Origin: an uncultured virus (IMG/VR IMGVR_UViG_3300022468_000269)
Lineage: Duplodnaviria; Heunggongvirae; Uroviricota; Caudoviricetes
Length of the DNA: 64,000 nucleotides
IMG/VR virus record: IMGVR_UViG_3300022468_000269
Strand: one strand, 5' to 3'
In this document: positions 37,082 to 45,054 of the stretch, in pieces
How the letters are laid out: each line of letters opens with the position of its first letter
How positions within the stretch are numbered: the stretch's first letter is position 1
Position numbers and translations under genes: made by a program
Notes under the pieces: model-generated
What the model was told of the DNA's origin: nothing
The model's database searches: none
The model's input: the letters and a program-made list of their open reading frames with translations, nothing else

Positions 37082-37110
37082 ATTATAGATCAGTCCTTCC
37101 ATGTTGTCAA
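37082..37110 (-). promoter_or_regulatory. consensus sigma70 promoter overlapping the 3' end of a mini-ORF
   Basis: TTGACA-acatggaaggactgatc(17)-TATAAT. Confidence 0.85.
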
Positions 37111-37293
37111 GTGTGTTGTTGCTAGGACTGTACGTTCAGTGGTGTTTTGTAGGGTGTTGTATTTGTAGTCGTCTATCCATAGGAAATGTCTATAGCTAGC
37201 TGAGTGCGGTCTGAAGTGGTCCCTAATACCCACATATTTATAACTCTTTGGATTATCACTGAACTGTATAATACCCTGCTTCTCTACTTCCAT
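37090..37293 (-). CDS. mini-ORF family member (67 aa, divergent)
   Basis: MEVEKQGIIQFS...VLATTHLTTWKD. Confidence 0.65.
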   Translation of the reverse strand: MEVEKQGIIQFSDNPKSYKYVGIRDHFRPHSASYRHFLWIDDYKYNTLQNTTERTVLATTHLTTWKD

Positions 37294-37454
37294 GTGCTTA
37301 TCTCCGTAGGGCCAAGGAGTACATAACCGTTATAGCTATTGATGAGCATGGTTTCTAATGAGTTGACTCCAGTAGCACAGTTACGCCAAGACAACCCCGT
37401 GTTCGATGATACACCGTAAGGTATCCTAGTGTACTTATCATTCTTGATTATCAT
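37284..37454 (-). CDS. mini-ORF family member (56 aa)
   Basis: Manual translation MIIKNDKYTRIPYG...GYVLLGPTEISTWK. Confidence 0.75.
   Translation of the reverse strand: MIIKNDKYTRIPYGVSSNTGLSWRNCATGVNSLETMLINSYNGYVLLGPTEISTWK
37290..37324. repeat. direct repeat copy 1 (3' motif of mini-ORF)
   Basis: ccatgtgcttatctccgtagggccaaggagtacat; 26 of the first 27 nt identical to 39171-39197. Confidence 0.9.
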
Positions 37455-37621
37455 TTCCAGAATCCTAACTCTACTGGGGCTACCTTGGTGTCTTCAGCCC
37501 CTACACTCGTAGTCTGCTTGTAGAGTGTTAGTTCATTAAGAACATAGAATTTACAGTTACTTTGTATCAATGTTCTAACACTTCTAAAAGATGACTTATA
37601 GATACCAGTTCTATCACTCAA
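37451..37621 (-). CDS. mini-ORF family member (56 aa)
   Basis: TTG start overlapping polA stop; SDRTGIYKSS...KVAPVELGFWK. Confidence 0.7.
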   Translation of the reverse strand: MSDRTGIYKSSFRSVRTLIQSNCKFYVLNELTLYKQTTSVGAEDTKVAPVELGFWK

Positions 37622-38634
37622 TGGCTCTCTCCCCAGTTTCTACCAAGCTTACCTTCGATACCCATAGGGCAGAACAGGTTGAGTCTCTTGTTCACCCTGT
37701 CCATAGCCTCATGTTGTATCTGGATAAGTCTGTCTCCATCTTCCTTGGTCTGTACTTCTACCTGAACTTCATCATGTACAAAGTCTACATGTCTAAACCA
37801 CAGTCCCTCTGCTCTGGCTTGCTTACGCCATTCAACAACCCAATGCTTTGCAATAACACTCTCACCATTCTGTAGGTAACCAGCAAGCATCAAGTGCTCA
37901 GAGTTGCAATTAACTTTCCTACCATCAAGACCAATGAAGTAACCACGACTAGCATCAGTAGGAATCTTGAAGTCCTTAAGCTTCTTGAGTTCAGGGAAAG
38001 CCTCAAGGAACTTGTTACAAGCATCAGCAGCTTGCTTGATAGAGCAGCTAAGAATCTCTGCCACCTTAGGTACAGAGGCACCTAGTAGCCAAGCATAGAT
38101 GAATGTTTTACTGGTGTCTCTGTCTTTACACACTGAGCCTAGAGCACCCATATTAATGGTATGGATATCAGTACCAGCTTTCTTGTCACCACGCATGATA
38201 GCTGTACGCCATGTATCAGACTTCATGTAGCAGGTAAGGACACGTAGCTGTGCAGAGTCAAGGTCAGTACCTACAAGCCAGTGTCCCTCATCTACACCCC
38301 ACAAGGCACGAAGGTTGTAGTCGTACTTAGCCTTGACTTCCTCTACGGGGGTCTTAGGGTCACCGTGGAAGGGAGAGAAGATGTTAGCTTGATTAGGAGA
38401 GCTATGAGACATACGACCACTCCAAGCACCGATACCCCAGAACTTACCATGAATACGAGAGTCCTCTTCAGAGACACATCCTAGCCACTCTACAAGGCTC
38501 TGCTTACGTCCGTTAAGGGTGAGCCACTTGGCTAGGTCAGAGGCTTCCTTAGGGGCGCTGGAGGGGAGTGTGTTAAGGTTCTCCTCTGATGTCTTCCAAC
38601 CATACTTCTTGTAGTGTTCTGTCTTGTCTACCAT
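37618..38634 (-). CDS. polA: DNA polymerase A, C-terminal polymerase half
   Basis: SGRMSHSSPN, motif A DLDSAQLR, motif B RDTSKTFIYAWLLG, motif C VHDE. Confidence 0.92.
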   Translation of the reverse strand: MVDKTEHYKKYGWKTSEENLNTLPSSAPKEASDLAKWLTLNGRKQSLVEWLGCVSEEDSRIHGKFWGIGAWSGRMSHSSPNQANIFSPFHGDPKTPVEEVKAKYDYNLRALWGVDEGHWLVGTDLDSAQLRVLTCYMKSDTWRTAIMRGDKKAGTDIHTINMGALGSVCKDRDTSKTFIYAWLLGASVPKVAEILSCSIKQAADACNKFLEAFPELKKLKDFKIPTDASRGYFIGLDGRKVNCNSEHLMLAGYLQNGESVIAKHWVVEWRKQARAEGLWFRHVDFVHDEVQVEVQTKEDGDRLIQIQHEAMDRVNKRLNLFCPMGIEGKLGRNWGESH

Positions 38635-38819
38635 GCACTTATCTCCTTAGGGCCAATGAAATCCCACTTATACATCATAAACATACCATGCTCAGATTTC
38701 ATACAATCACTATAGTAATAGTCAGGTCCATAGTTTAGTGGGTAGTATTTTGTAGGACTCTTATGAAAGGTAATCTCACCAATATCCCTATCGCTAGCGT
38801 ACATCCCCAGTTCTACCAT
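38628..38819 (-). CDS. mini-ORF family member (63 aa)
   Basis: MVELGMYAS...FIGPKEISAW. Confidence 0.75.
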   Translation of the reverse strand: MVELGMYASDRDIGEITFHKSPTKYYPLNYGPDYYYSDCMKSEHGMFMMYKWDFIGPKEISAW

Positions 38820-38992
38820 GTCACCAACTCCTCTGGTCCTATTTTATAATGGGTACCTTTCATATCACTCCAAGGGCGTCTACGTATCATATCAAACTCT
38901 GTGGTATAACTTATTGTACTAGAGTTACAGATAAGATTCATGTAAGGTGTGTTAGGTTTCTTATACCATACTCCCATTTCTTTGCTTACCAT
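38813..38992 (-). CDS. mini-ORF family member (59 aa)
   Basis: MVSKEMGVWY...KIGPEELVTW. Confidence 0.75.
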   Translation of the reverse strand: MVSKEMGVWYKKPNTPYMNLICNSSTISYTTEFDMIRRRPWSDMKGTHYKIGPEELVTW

Positions 38993-39174
38993 TTGCATAC
39001 CTCACTAGGTCCAAGGTAGGCCCAACCGTTTTCCATAAACTCTTTATGGTCGGTATGTCTACATTGATAACAGCTAGTTCTGTGACTATTACTCAATTCA
39101 AAATACTCAATAAAACCATTCATAAAAGCTACCCTTTGACTACTGATGTACATACCCGGTTCGATGTCTACCAT
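38986..39174 (-). CDS. mini-ORF family member (62 aa)
   Basis: MVDIEPGMYISS...YLGPSEVCKW. Confidence 0.75.
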   Translation of the reverse strand: MVDIEPGMYISSQRVAFMNGFIEYFELSNSHRTSCYQCRHTDHKEFMENGWAYLGPSEVCKW

Positions 39175-39338
39175 GTGCTTATCTCCGTAGGACCAAGAAG
39201 AGTACATTTACTAGAAGTTTTATGCCTATAATAAGCACTCGCTATAGCTGTTGAATTATTAGGAGACTTAACCCAACCTCGAATTTTTCTAAGATTAAAC
39301 TTAGGTGCATAGATTACCTCATCAAATTTAATTATCAT
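39168..39338 (-). CDS. mini-ORF family member (56 aa)
   Basis: Manual translation MIIKFDEVIYAPK...CTLLGPTEISTW; ATGA overlap with polA-N stop. Confidence 0.75.
   Translation of the reverse strand: MIIKFDEVIYAPKFNLRKIRGWVKSPNNSTAIASAYYRHKTSSKCTLLGPTEISTW
39171..39207. repeat. direct repeat copy 2
   Basis: ccatgtgcttatctccgtaggaccaagaagagtacat. Confidence 0.9.
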
Positions 39339-40192
39339 TTACGTTTCTCCCTCAGGAATTTCTTGTGACCGTCAGTCATGTCTTTAGGTTTCCAACCAGC
39401 TTCCCAGAGAATGTCAATACGTTGTTGAGGGCTACCGGGATTGAACTCTTCATAGTCAAAACATATTAGGTCATCACCCTCAATCTTGGTAAGTGGGTAG
39501 CCTTCCATAGCATCGGTGACACTAGAGAACAAGCTACCATCTTTCTTGGTACGGTACTTGATACGCTTGACCTCAACTAACTTAGGTGGGAAGGCAGACT
39601 TGAAGCCATCCTCTAGCACCTTAATCTCTGACTCAATCTCCTCAAGCATAACCTTGGCCTTAGGGATATCAAACTTAAAGCCTTGCTTACCCATGTCATA
39701 GCAGACCATAGCTGTATCGTGCTCTACACGCATTGACAAGGCCCACGCAGGGTCATAAATCTGAGGCTTGTAGTGATTAAAGATAGCCTCAAGTACCTCT
39801 ACATCCTGCTCACCATACTCAATCATCTCTGGTGTACATTCATCCCAAGTACCAGTGTACTCACCCTTGAATACACCAAGGTATTCACCTAGTTCCTTGA
39901 GAGAATGAGTACTAAACTTGGAATAGTTAACTAGTTTGGAAACAACCATAGTATCAATGACAGAGAAAGGATTGATCAGACCTTCCTTGACCAACCTGTT
40001 GATCACCCAACAATCATAACCTAGACCGTTATGGAACACCCACTTGTCTGGTTGATAGAATGTAACCCATGCCTCAAAGGCTAGCATGTCAAAGAAGGTC
40101 ATAACAAATCCATCAAGAGTCTTGACCCTGATGAAGTGAATCTTAGTAGGTGTTAGGCCATTAGCTTCTACATCAGCTAGTACTATCTTCAT
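39335..40192 (-). CDS. polA: DNA polymerase A, N-terminal 3'-5' exonuclease and part of thumb
   Basis: ExoI DVEANGL, ExoII HNGLGYD, ExoIII YGEQDV, FNPGSPQQ...GWKP. Confidence 0.9.
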   Translation of the reverse strand: MKIVLADVEANGLTPTKIHFIRVKTLDGFVMTFFDMLAFEAWVTFYQPDKWVFHNGLGYDCWVINRLVKEGLINPFSVIDTMVVSKLVNYSKFSTHSLKELGEYLGVFKGEYTGTWDECTPEMIEYGEQDVEVLEAIFNHYKPQIYDPAWALSMRVEHDTAMVCYDMGKQGFKFDIPKAKVMLEEIESEIKVLEDGFKSAFPPKLVEVKRIKYRTKKDGSLFSSVTDAMEGYPLTKIEGDDLICFDYEEFNPGSPQQRIDILWEAGWKPKDMTDGHKKFLREKRK

Positions 40193-40400
40193 CGTAATAG
40201 TCCTCAATCAAGAGTTCCATAAGTTGTCTAGCTTTCTCCCTCATTCTATACGGCATTGGGTTACTGCCATGAGTCTCAAATTCTATTACACTCTTAGTAG
40301 GAACGTGAGTAAATGTCCACCTTTGATGCCAACCACCAATACCCATACCAACTCTTTGATCAGATACTTTAATCCATAGGTCTTCTTCTTTAAGTTTCAT
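40173..40400 (-). CDS. small protein resembling the peptide-chain release factor (RF-1) domain
   Basis: GIGGWH...FTHVPTKSVIE...REKARQLMELL resembles GGQ...ITHxPTG...NREKA. Confidence 0.5.
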   Translation of the reverse strand: MKLKEEDLWIKVSDQRVGMGIGGWHQRWTFTHVPTKSVIEFETHGSNPMPYRMREKARQLMELLIEDYYDEDSTS

Positions 40401-40403
40401 ATC

Positions 40404-40601
40404 TCACTCCCATCTCCATACCTCCAAGGGGAGTACTCTAGTATAGCTTTTTAAAGTATGTTCACCAGTTTCGACATCCCACCCTTTACCACCAAGACTG
40501 TATTTAGCATCTCTAAATGATGTATACCAACCTTTGCTATCCTCTACATGACAAATATCACTGGCTTTAAATGAACCATAGATTCCATCTAGCATTACCA
40601 T
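40404..40601 (-). CDS. mini-ORF family member (65 aa)
   Basis: MVMLDGIYGS...RVLPLEVWRWE. Confidence 0.7.
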   Translation of the reverse strand: MVMLDGIYGSFKASDICHVEDSKGWYTSFRDAKYSLGGKGWDVETGEHTLKSYTRVLPLEVWRWE

Positions 40602-40774
40602 AGGCTCAACTCCTTTGGTGCAATGATGGTGGTCCATTCAGTCTTAGGTATAGTGTGGTGTGTACCATAAGCGTACAGTCTCTCAGCGTAAGCAATTGAG
40701 CTAGGCTGGACTCTACGATAAGCCTTACCAGTCCAGAACATAATAAACTTTCTACTAGTTGTGGTCTTAATCAT
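40595..40774 (-). CDS. mini-ORF family member (59 aa)
   Basis: Manual translation MIKTTTSRKF...TIIAPKELSLW; GGAGG SD; ATGA overlap with primase stop. Confidence 0.75.
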   Translation of the reverse strand: MIKTTTSRKFIMFWTGKAYRRVQPSSIAYAERLYAYGTHHTIPKTEWTTIIAPKELSLW

Positions 40775-42297
40775 ATCTCTACCTCCTCAAGGAGTGTTGT
40801 CTCAGGTGAGTAGTATACTGCACCAGCATAACCAAGCTTACTAAAGGGCCTATTTTTTTCCACAAAAAATTTGGTGGTGTTAGCCACATCCTCGTCTGGG
40901 TTCTCTTTGTCTCTCTCAATACGAATACAGATGATAGCCTCTTCCTCTAGGCTACGAGCATACTTGGTATGACCATCTTCATTAACGTGAGAGATAAGGA
41001 TGATACCTACATTCAGTTCTTTCGCCAGTTGCGCAAGATTAGCAGCAAGCTTAGTAAGTATGCTAGTTGCACCGTCAATACCACCCAAATAAGCGAGACG
41101 TTGTACGTGATCAACAAAGATGTAGTTAGCACCATACACACCGGCAGCAAGACGACAATACTCAAGTACTTCCATAGGCTCATCACCAGACCTCATTTCA
41201 AATACAATGGTTCGTTCACCCTTGGTAGCAGCTACAGCAGCAGCCTCTACTTCAGCCTCAGTAACACCACGTTCCTTAGCATCATCCTTGGTACGTACAT
41301 TCTTCTTCAGTTCGTAAGTAGCCATACAGCGATAGGTAGTGGACTTCTGTTCCTCCATATGCAGCAAGCCAATCTTGCAATCACTTGATGACAGTAGTCC
41401 TGTTTCTATATACCGGAAGAACTCAGTCTTACCCGATCCGGGTGGGGCCTTAAGGAATGTCAGGCCACCCTTAACCATACCACGGATAACACCATCAAGA
41501 CCCTTGTGGCCAGTAGGGGTATACTCATAGGGGTTCTCTTCACGAAGGATGGAGATAACCTTATCATCAGAGCAGAAGAAGTTATCTGGTGTCCACCGTT
41601 GGGGACGTAGTGCAGTCCACTTAAGCTCTGCCAGATCACCAGCCTGAAGGGCCTCGTTAGCATCCTTCCACTTGGTAAGGGGGATGTAGTAGAACTTGTG
41701 TGGAAGGGCCTTGTAGAGCCTGTCAGCAGCCTTCTTACCTGTCTTGTCTAGTTCACCAGCATACACTACCTCTTGGAATGTGTTGAGGTAGTCATACTGT
41801 TTCTTTACAAAATCATCCCCAATAGAGCCGGAAGGTAGGGACAGTACTGGCCAAGTTGAATCCATAGATTGATAGAGTGAAGCTGCATCGAACTCTCCTT
41901 CGGTGATATAGATACGCTTACTAGAAGCAGGGTTGACCTTAGGGCCAAAGAATTCTTTCATACCAACACCAGAATCTTTGATCCAAGAGTTAGCCTTGTT
42001 GTTATAGTCACGATATTTGACAGTGTGGGGATACTTGAAGGCATACCGTAGAGGCTTGCCTGTCTCGTCTAGTTGTAGTTGGATACCGTACTTCTCAGCT
42101 ACCTTAGGATCAAGACCACGAATGCCTTCATAGGTAACAGAAGATGGTTCCTTATTTTTGATGTTCACATAACTCTCCGTTTTTATTGTTCTGGTACATG
42201 AATGACAATAACCAATGCCATTAGAGAATAGGCTAAAGGAGTCATTGGCATGGCACTCAGGGCATTGTTGGTGTGTCTTGATAGGTGCTTCACTCAT
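40771..42297 (-). CDS. T7 gp4-like primase-helicase
   Basis: CPEC...CHSC Zn domain, ITEGEFDA, KDANE, APPGSGKT, FVDH, LISH. Confidence 0.92.
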   Translation of the reverse strand: MSEAPIKTHQQCPECHANDSFSLFSNGIGYCHSCTRTIKTESYVNIKNKEPSSVTYEGIRGLDPKVAEKYGIQLQLDETGKPLRYAFKYPHTVKYRDYNNKANSWIKDSGVGMKEFFGPKVNPASSKRIYITEGEFDAASLYQSMDSTWPVLSLPSGSIGDDFVKKQYDYLNTFQEVVYAGELDKTGKKAADRLYKALPHKFYYIPLTKWKDANEALQAGDLAELKWTALRPQRWTPDNFFCSDDKVISILREENPYEYTPTGHKGLDGVIRGMVKGGLTFLKAPPGSGKTEFFRYIETGLLSSSDCKIGLLHMEEQKSTTYRCMATYELKKNVRTKDDAKERGVTEAEVEAAAVAATKGERTIVFEMRSGDEPMEVLEYCRLAAGVYGANYIFVDHVQRLAYLGGIDGATSILTKLAANLAQLAKELNVGIILISHVNEDGHTKYARSLEEEAIICIRIERDKENPDEDVANTTKFFVEKNRPFSKLGYAGAVYYSPETTLLEEVEI

Positions 42298-42460
42298 CCC
42301 AGTAGCCTAACTCCTTCGGTCCAAGGACTACATCAAATTTATCAAAAGTTTGTATACTTCTTACACCGATTTGATGTTCGACATACTCTTCCCTTTTAAA
42401 GTACCTCCAAGTTTTACTAGAACTCATGTAAGCAGGTCTGTTAGAAACTAACTTAATCAT
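42290..42460 (-). CDS. mini-ORF family member (56 aa)
   Basis: Manual translation MIKLVSNRPAY...DVVLGPKELGYWDE. Confidence 0.75.
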   Translation of the reverse strand: MIKLVSNRPAYMSSSKTWRYFKREEYVEHQIGVRSIQTFDKFDVVLGPKELGYWDE

Positions 42461-42599
42461 CTGCATCTCCTAGATCAAAGTCTTCATACTCTAAGAAGTC
42501 TTCAGAGATTAGTTCATCAATCCAATCCTGACACTCTACACAGTACCAGTCAGTACCATCAAACTTGGCATCTGGTGCATCACAGCAATGGCATCTCAT
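42453..42599 (-). CDS. small acidic zinc-finger protein
   Basis: Manual translation MRCHCCD...YCVECQDWIDELISEDF... Confidence 0.65.
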   Translation of the reverse strand: MRCHCCDAPDAKFDGTDWYCVECQDWIDELISEDFLEYEDFDLGDADD

Positions 42600-44434
42600 A
42601 GGTTTACCTTTCCACCAGTCAGGAGATTGGAGAGTTGAGTGAACACAGCACCAGAGAGGTCATTGACATTGGTGATAGCAACACTCTTGGGGTACAGTCG
42701 GTTGACATGTTCTGTCTCAATACCGATACCTACACATTCTACACCATCCTTGACACACTCGTCAATAGCATTCTTGAGAGCAGCCTCAAGACTACCACGA
42801 CCGGGACCACCAATCATATCGTTAGCAGGTTGACCATCAGACAAGACCATAAGAATCTTACGCTTATGAGGCATAGCCTTCAGTTCTTCCTTAGCCCAGA
42901 GTACAGCATCACGGTCAGAGTTGTTACCACCAGCACAGTCACGGATAGCATAGACAGAACCTTTAGACACTTGAAGAGACTCATTGAACCCCTTGAATTT
43001 GTATAGGTTAAGAGGTTCATAGCGATGATAGGTAGAGCTAGAAGAATGTGCCTTACGTACAAGTTCATTTAGCTCAGTAGTGATACCAGAGTTCTCAAAG
43101 CCACTGATCTGGTACTTGATCTGCGTACCCTCAAGGCACTCAGCAAAGGCCATAACAGTGTCAGCAGCAGTACGTACACGGTCACCAGACATAGACCCAG
43201 AGAGGTCTACAAGCAGGTGTACAGCAGTGTCCTGCTCAAGACGATCTTGACGCATCTTGTAGACAGAAGGGCTACCTAGTACACCAGCTACCAGACGCTT
43301 AGTATCAAGACGACCAAACTCTCTACCAAAGTCCCAGTCACGCTGTTCTTTAGCCATAAGAGCACGGCGAAGTTTAGCCTTCATGGTGTTAACAAGACCA
43401 CCAAGCTGTACCTTGTGGCGCTCATAGTCAGCAGCATTGTTAGCCTTCATATTCTGCCAACGACGATTAGAACGAACAGGGGTTTTGTCACGAGTGTACA
43501 CTTCATCAAAGCGAGTAGACAGTACACGATATTTCTGGTAAGATTTAGCCTCTGGTGCATCATAGAACAAGTCTACCTGTTGCTTAAGGTAGTCCTTGAT
43601 CCATTCATTGCTGTCACCAGTAACTTTCATCTTACCACTAGCAGGACCGGGCATAGGCTTACCCTTAACCTTGTCAGGAACAGGCTTACCTTGTGTGATG
43701 TCTGCATTAGGGTCGTACTCAAAGTTCTCAGGGTCACCAGCAAGGCCCTCAACAGGCTTACCAGCAGCCTTATCTTTCTTGTCCTGCTCCTTATCAGAGT
43801 CAGACTTGGACTCTTCCTTAGTCAGCATCTTGTCAATCTCAATAGCCATATTCATTACTTGGCTAGAGTTCTCACACTTGTGTACTTCCTCAATCCACTT
43901 GTTACCCCATGCCTTCCACTCAGGGGTGAGCATGTCATACATCTCAGCATTAACATCACCACCATAAGACAGACGACCAGCACGAAGGATAGCAGCAGCC
44001 ACACCTTGCTCAGTCATACCATCGTATACATCTTTATGTTCTACCATGTCTGCTAGTTCTTTAACACCAACAGTCTGACTAAGCTGACGAAGGTTCTTCT
44101 CTGCACCGGGGTACTCAGCCATAACCTTACGCTCTAGCCACATATCCTCCAGACAATTCCAGATTTTATGTTGGCGCTCAGTGCTAGTGCTGGAGAATTT
44201 ACGGTGTGCCTCGAAGTCCGTGTGGCGTACATGACCTGCCTCATGGTCTACATAACCACGAAGAACCATAGCAGCCTCATGTGTAAGCTCTACGTTCTGG
44301 TCAAGAGAAGGAAGAACAATCTGCTTACCATCTGTATAAGCCCCATCACCTTCAAAGGCTAGAGTTACTTCTTTGTCACGCCCAAAGATAGCTGACGTGG
44401 TTACAAGTTCATGGACAAGTTCATGCGTTTTCAT
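42596..44434 (-). CDS. cobT: CobT-like protein (HExxH N-domain plus VWA domain)
   Basis: AYTDG...DHEAGH, MIDAS DLSGSMS, KILMVLSDGQP; start reassigned to MKTHEL. Confidence 0.75.
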   Translation of the reverse strand: MKTHELVHELVTTSAIFGRDKEVTLAFEGDGAYTDGKQIVLPSLDQNVELTHEAAMVLRGYVDHEAGHVRHTDFEAHRKFSSTSTERQHKIWNCLEDMWLERKVMAEYPGAEKNLRQLSQTVGVKELADMVEHKDVYDGMTEQGVAAAILRAGRLSYGGDVNAEMYDMLTPEWKAWGNKWIEEVHKCENSSQVMNMAIEIDKMLTKEESKSDSDKEQDKKDKAAGKPVEGLAGDPENFEYDPNADITQGKPVPDKVKGKPMPGPASGKMKVTGDSNEWIKDYLKQQVDLFYDAPEAKSYQKYRVLSTRFDEVYTRDKTPVRSNRRWQNMKANNAADYERHKVQLGGLVNTMKAKLRRALMAKEQRDWDFGREFGRLDTKRLVAGVLGSPSVYKMRQDRLEQDTAVHLLVDLSGSMSGDRVRTAADTVMAFAECLEGTQIKYQISGFENSGITTELNELVRKAHSSSSTYHRYEPLNLYKFKGFNESLQVSKGSVYAIRDCAGGNNSDRDAVLWAKEELKAMPHKRKILMVLSDGQPANDMIGGPGRGSLEAALKNAIDECVKDGVECVGIGIETEHVNRLYPKSVAITNVNDLSGAVFTQLSNLLTGGKVNL

Positions 44435-44435
44435 T

Positions 44436-44666
44436 TTATTCCCACCATACGAAGTTTTCAGGGATAGTGAAGGCATACTTCTTAGCTACTACATACTTAG
44501 TAAAACCTGTTTCACTCCAGTAAAGACCAGTAACTTTGTTTCGTTCGTTTATATTTTTAAACAAATAGTGTAATCCGTTTGGACTAAAACCACTAGAGGC
44601 TCTACCATCTTGAACATAATCGTATACTCCACTTTGGCTTATATAGACACCATTAGGATACTTCAT
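44436..44666 (-). CDS. mini-ORF family member (76 aa, divergent)
   Basis: MKYPNGVYIS...DGRASSGFSP...TIPENFVWWE. Confidence 0.65.
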   Translation of the reverse strand: MKYPNGVYISQSGVYDYVQDGRASSGFSPNGLHYLFKNINERNKVTGLYWSETGFTKYVVAKKYAFTIPENFVWWE

Positions 44667-44845
44667 TCCCATTTTAGTACCTCATGCGTTGCTAGAAGAA
44701 TAGGAAATCTTTCTTCCTCATCTTCTAGTGGCCAACTTAGTTCTCTATCTCTAATGTACCTGTATAGACTGGAGGGACTACAATAAGATGCACGACCATT
44801 ACTCACAAGTATAAAGCTATTCTTATCTTGACTTAGTAGTTTCAT
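44663..44845 (-). CDS. mini-ORF family member (60 aa)
   Basis: MKLLSQDK...NGRASYCSP...LLATHEVLKWE. Confidence 0.65.
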   Translation of the reverse strand: MKLLSQDKNSFILVSNGRASYCSPSSLYRYIRDRELSWPLEDEEERFPILLATHEVLKWE

Positions 44846-45054
44846 TTGTCCCACTCCATAAGTAGTGAAGGGGCCAACCTAATGGCCCACTTCGTTTTAT
44901 AAACACTATCGTAGTGTTCTGTTGGTCTTTTGGTACGTTTTAGAAAAGGGACTATCTTATCATTACCGGAGCCAAGACAACCCCTACTCAAACCCCAACA
45001 ATAGTAAATCTCACCATCTTCTGTACCCTTCCTCCAGAGTTCATTTAACAACAC
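44842..45054 (-). CDS. mini-ORF family member (~70 aa, start uncertain)
   Basis: ...GEIYY...RLAPSLLMEWDK. Confidence 0.55.
   Translation of the reverse strand: MLLNELWRKGTEDGEIYYCWGLSRGCLGSGNDKIVPFLKRTKRPTEHYDSVYKTKWAIRLAPSLLMEWDK

Noticed and set aside
37000..37103. Possible decayed 15th mini-ORF (MEGLIYNGLH*...LLAP*EL)
   Set aside because: Two in-frame stops and overlap with a promoter; resemblance too weak to call.
38635..39334. Group I/II intron, intein or homing endonuclease in polA
   Set aside because: The interval is fully occupied by coupled ORFs. I saw no HNH, GIY-YIG or LAGLIDADG motifs, no intein ends and no obvious intron core; a covariance-model search is still needed to exclude an intron formally.
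37284..39338. CRISPR-array or integron (attC) interpretation of the repeated motif
   Set aside because: Repeats are degenerate, ~170-190 nt apart and in-frame coding, with no attC-like palindromes; no cas operon or integron integrase. The Cas4-like gene is the usual stand-alone phage exonuclease.
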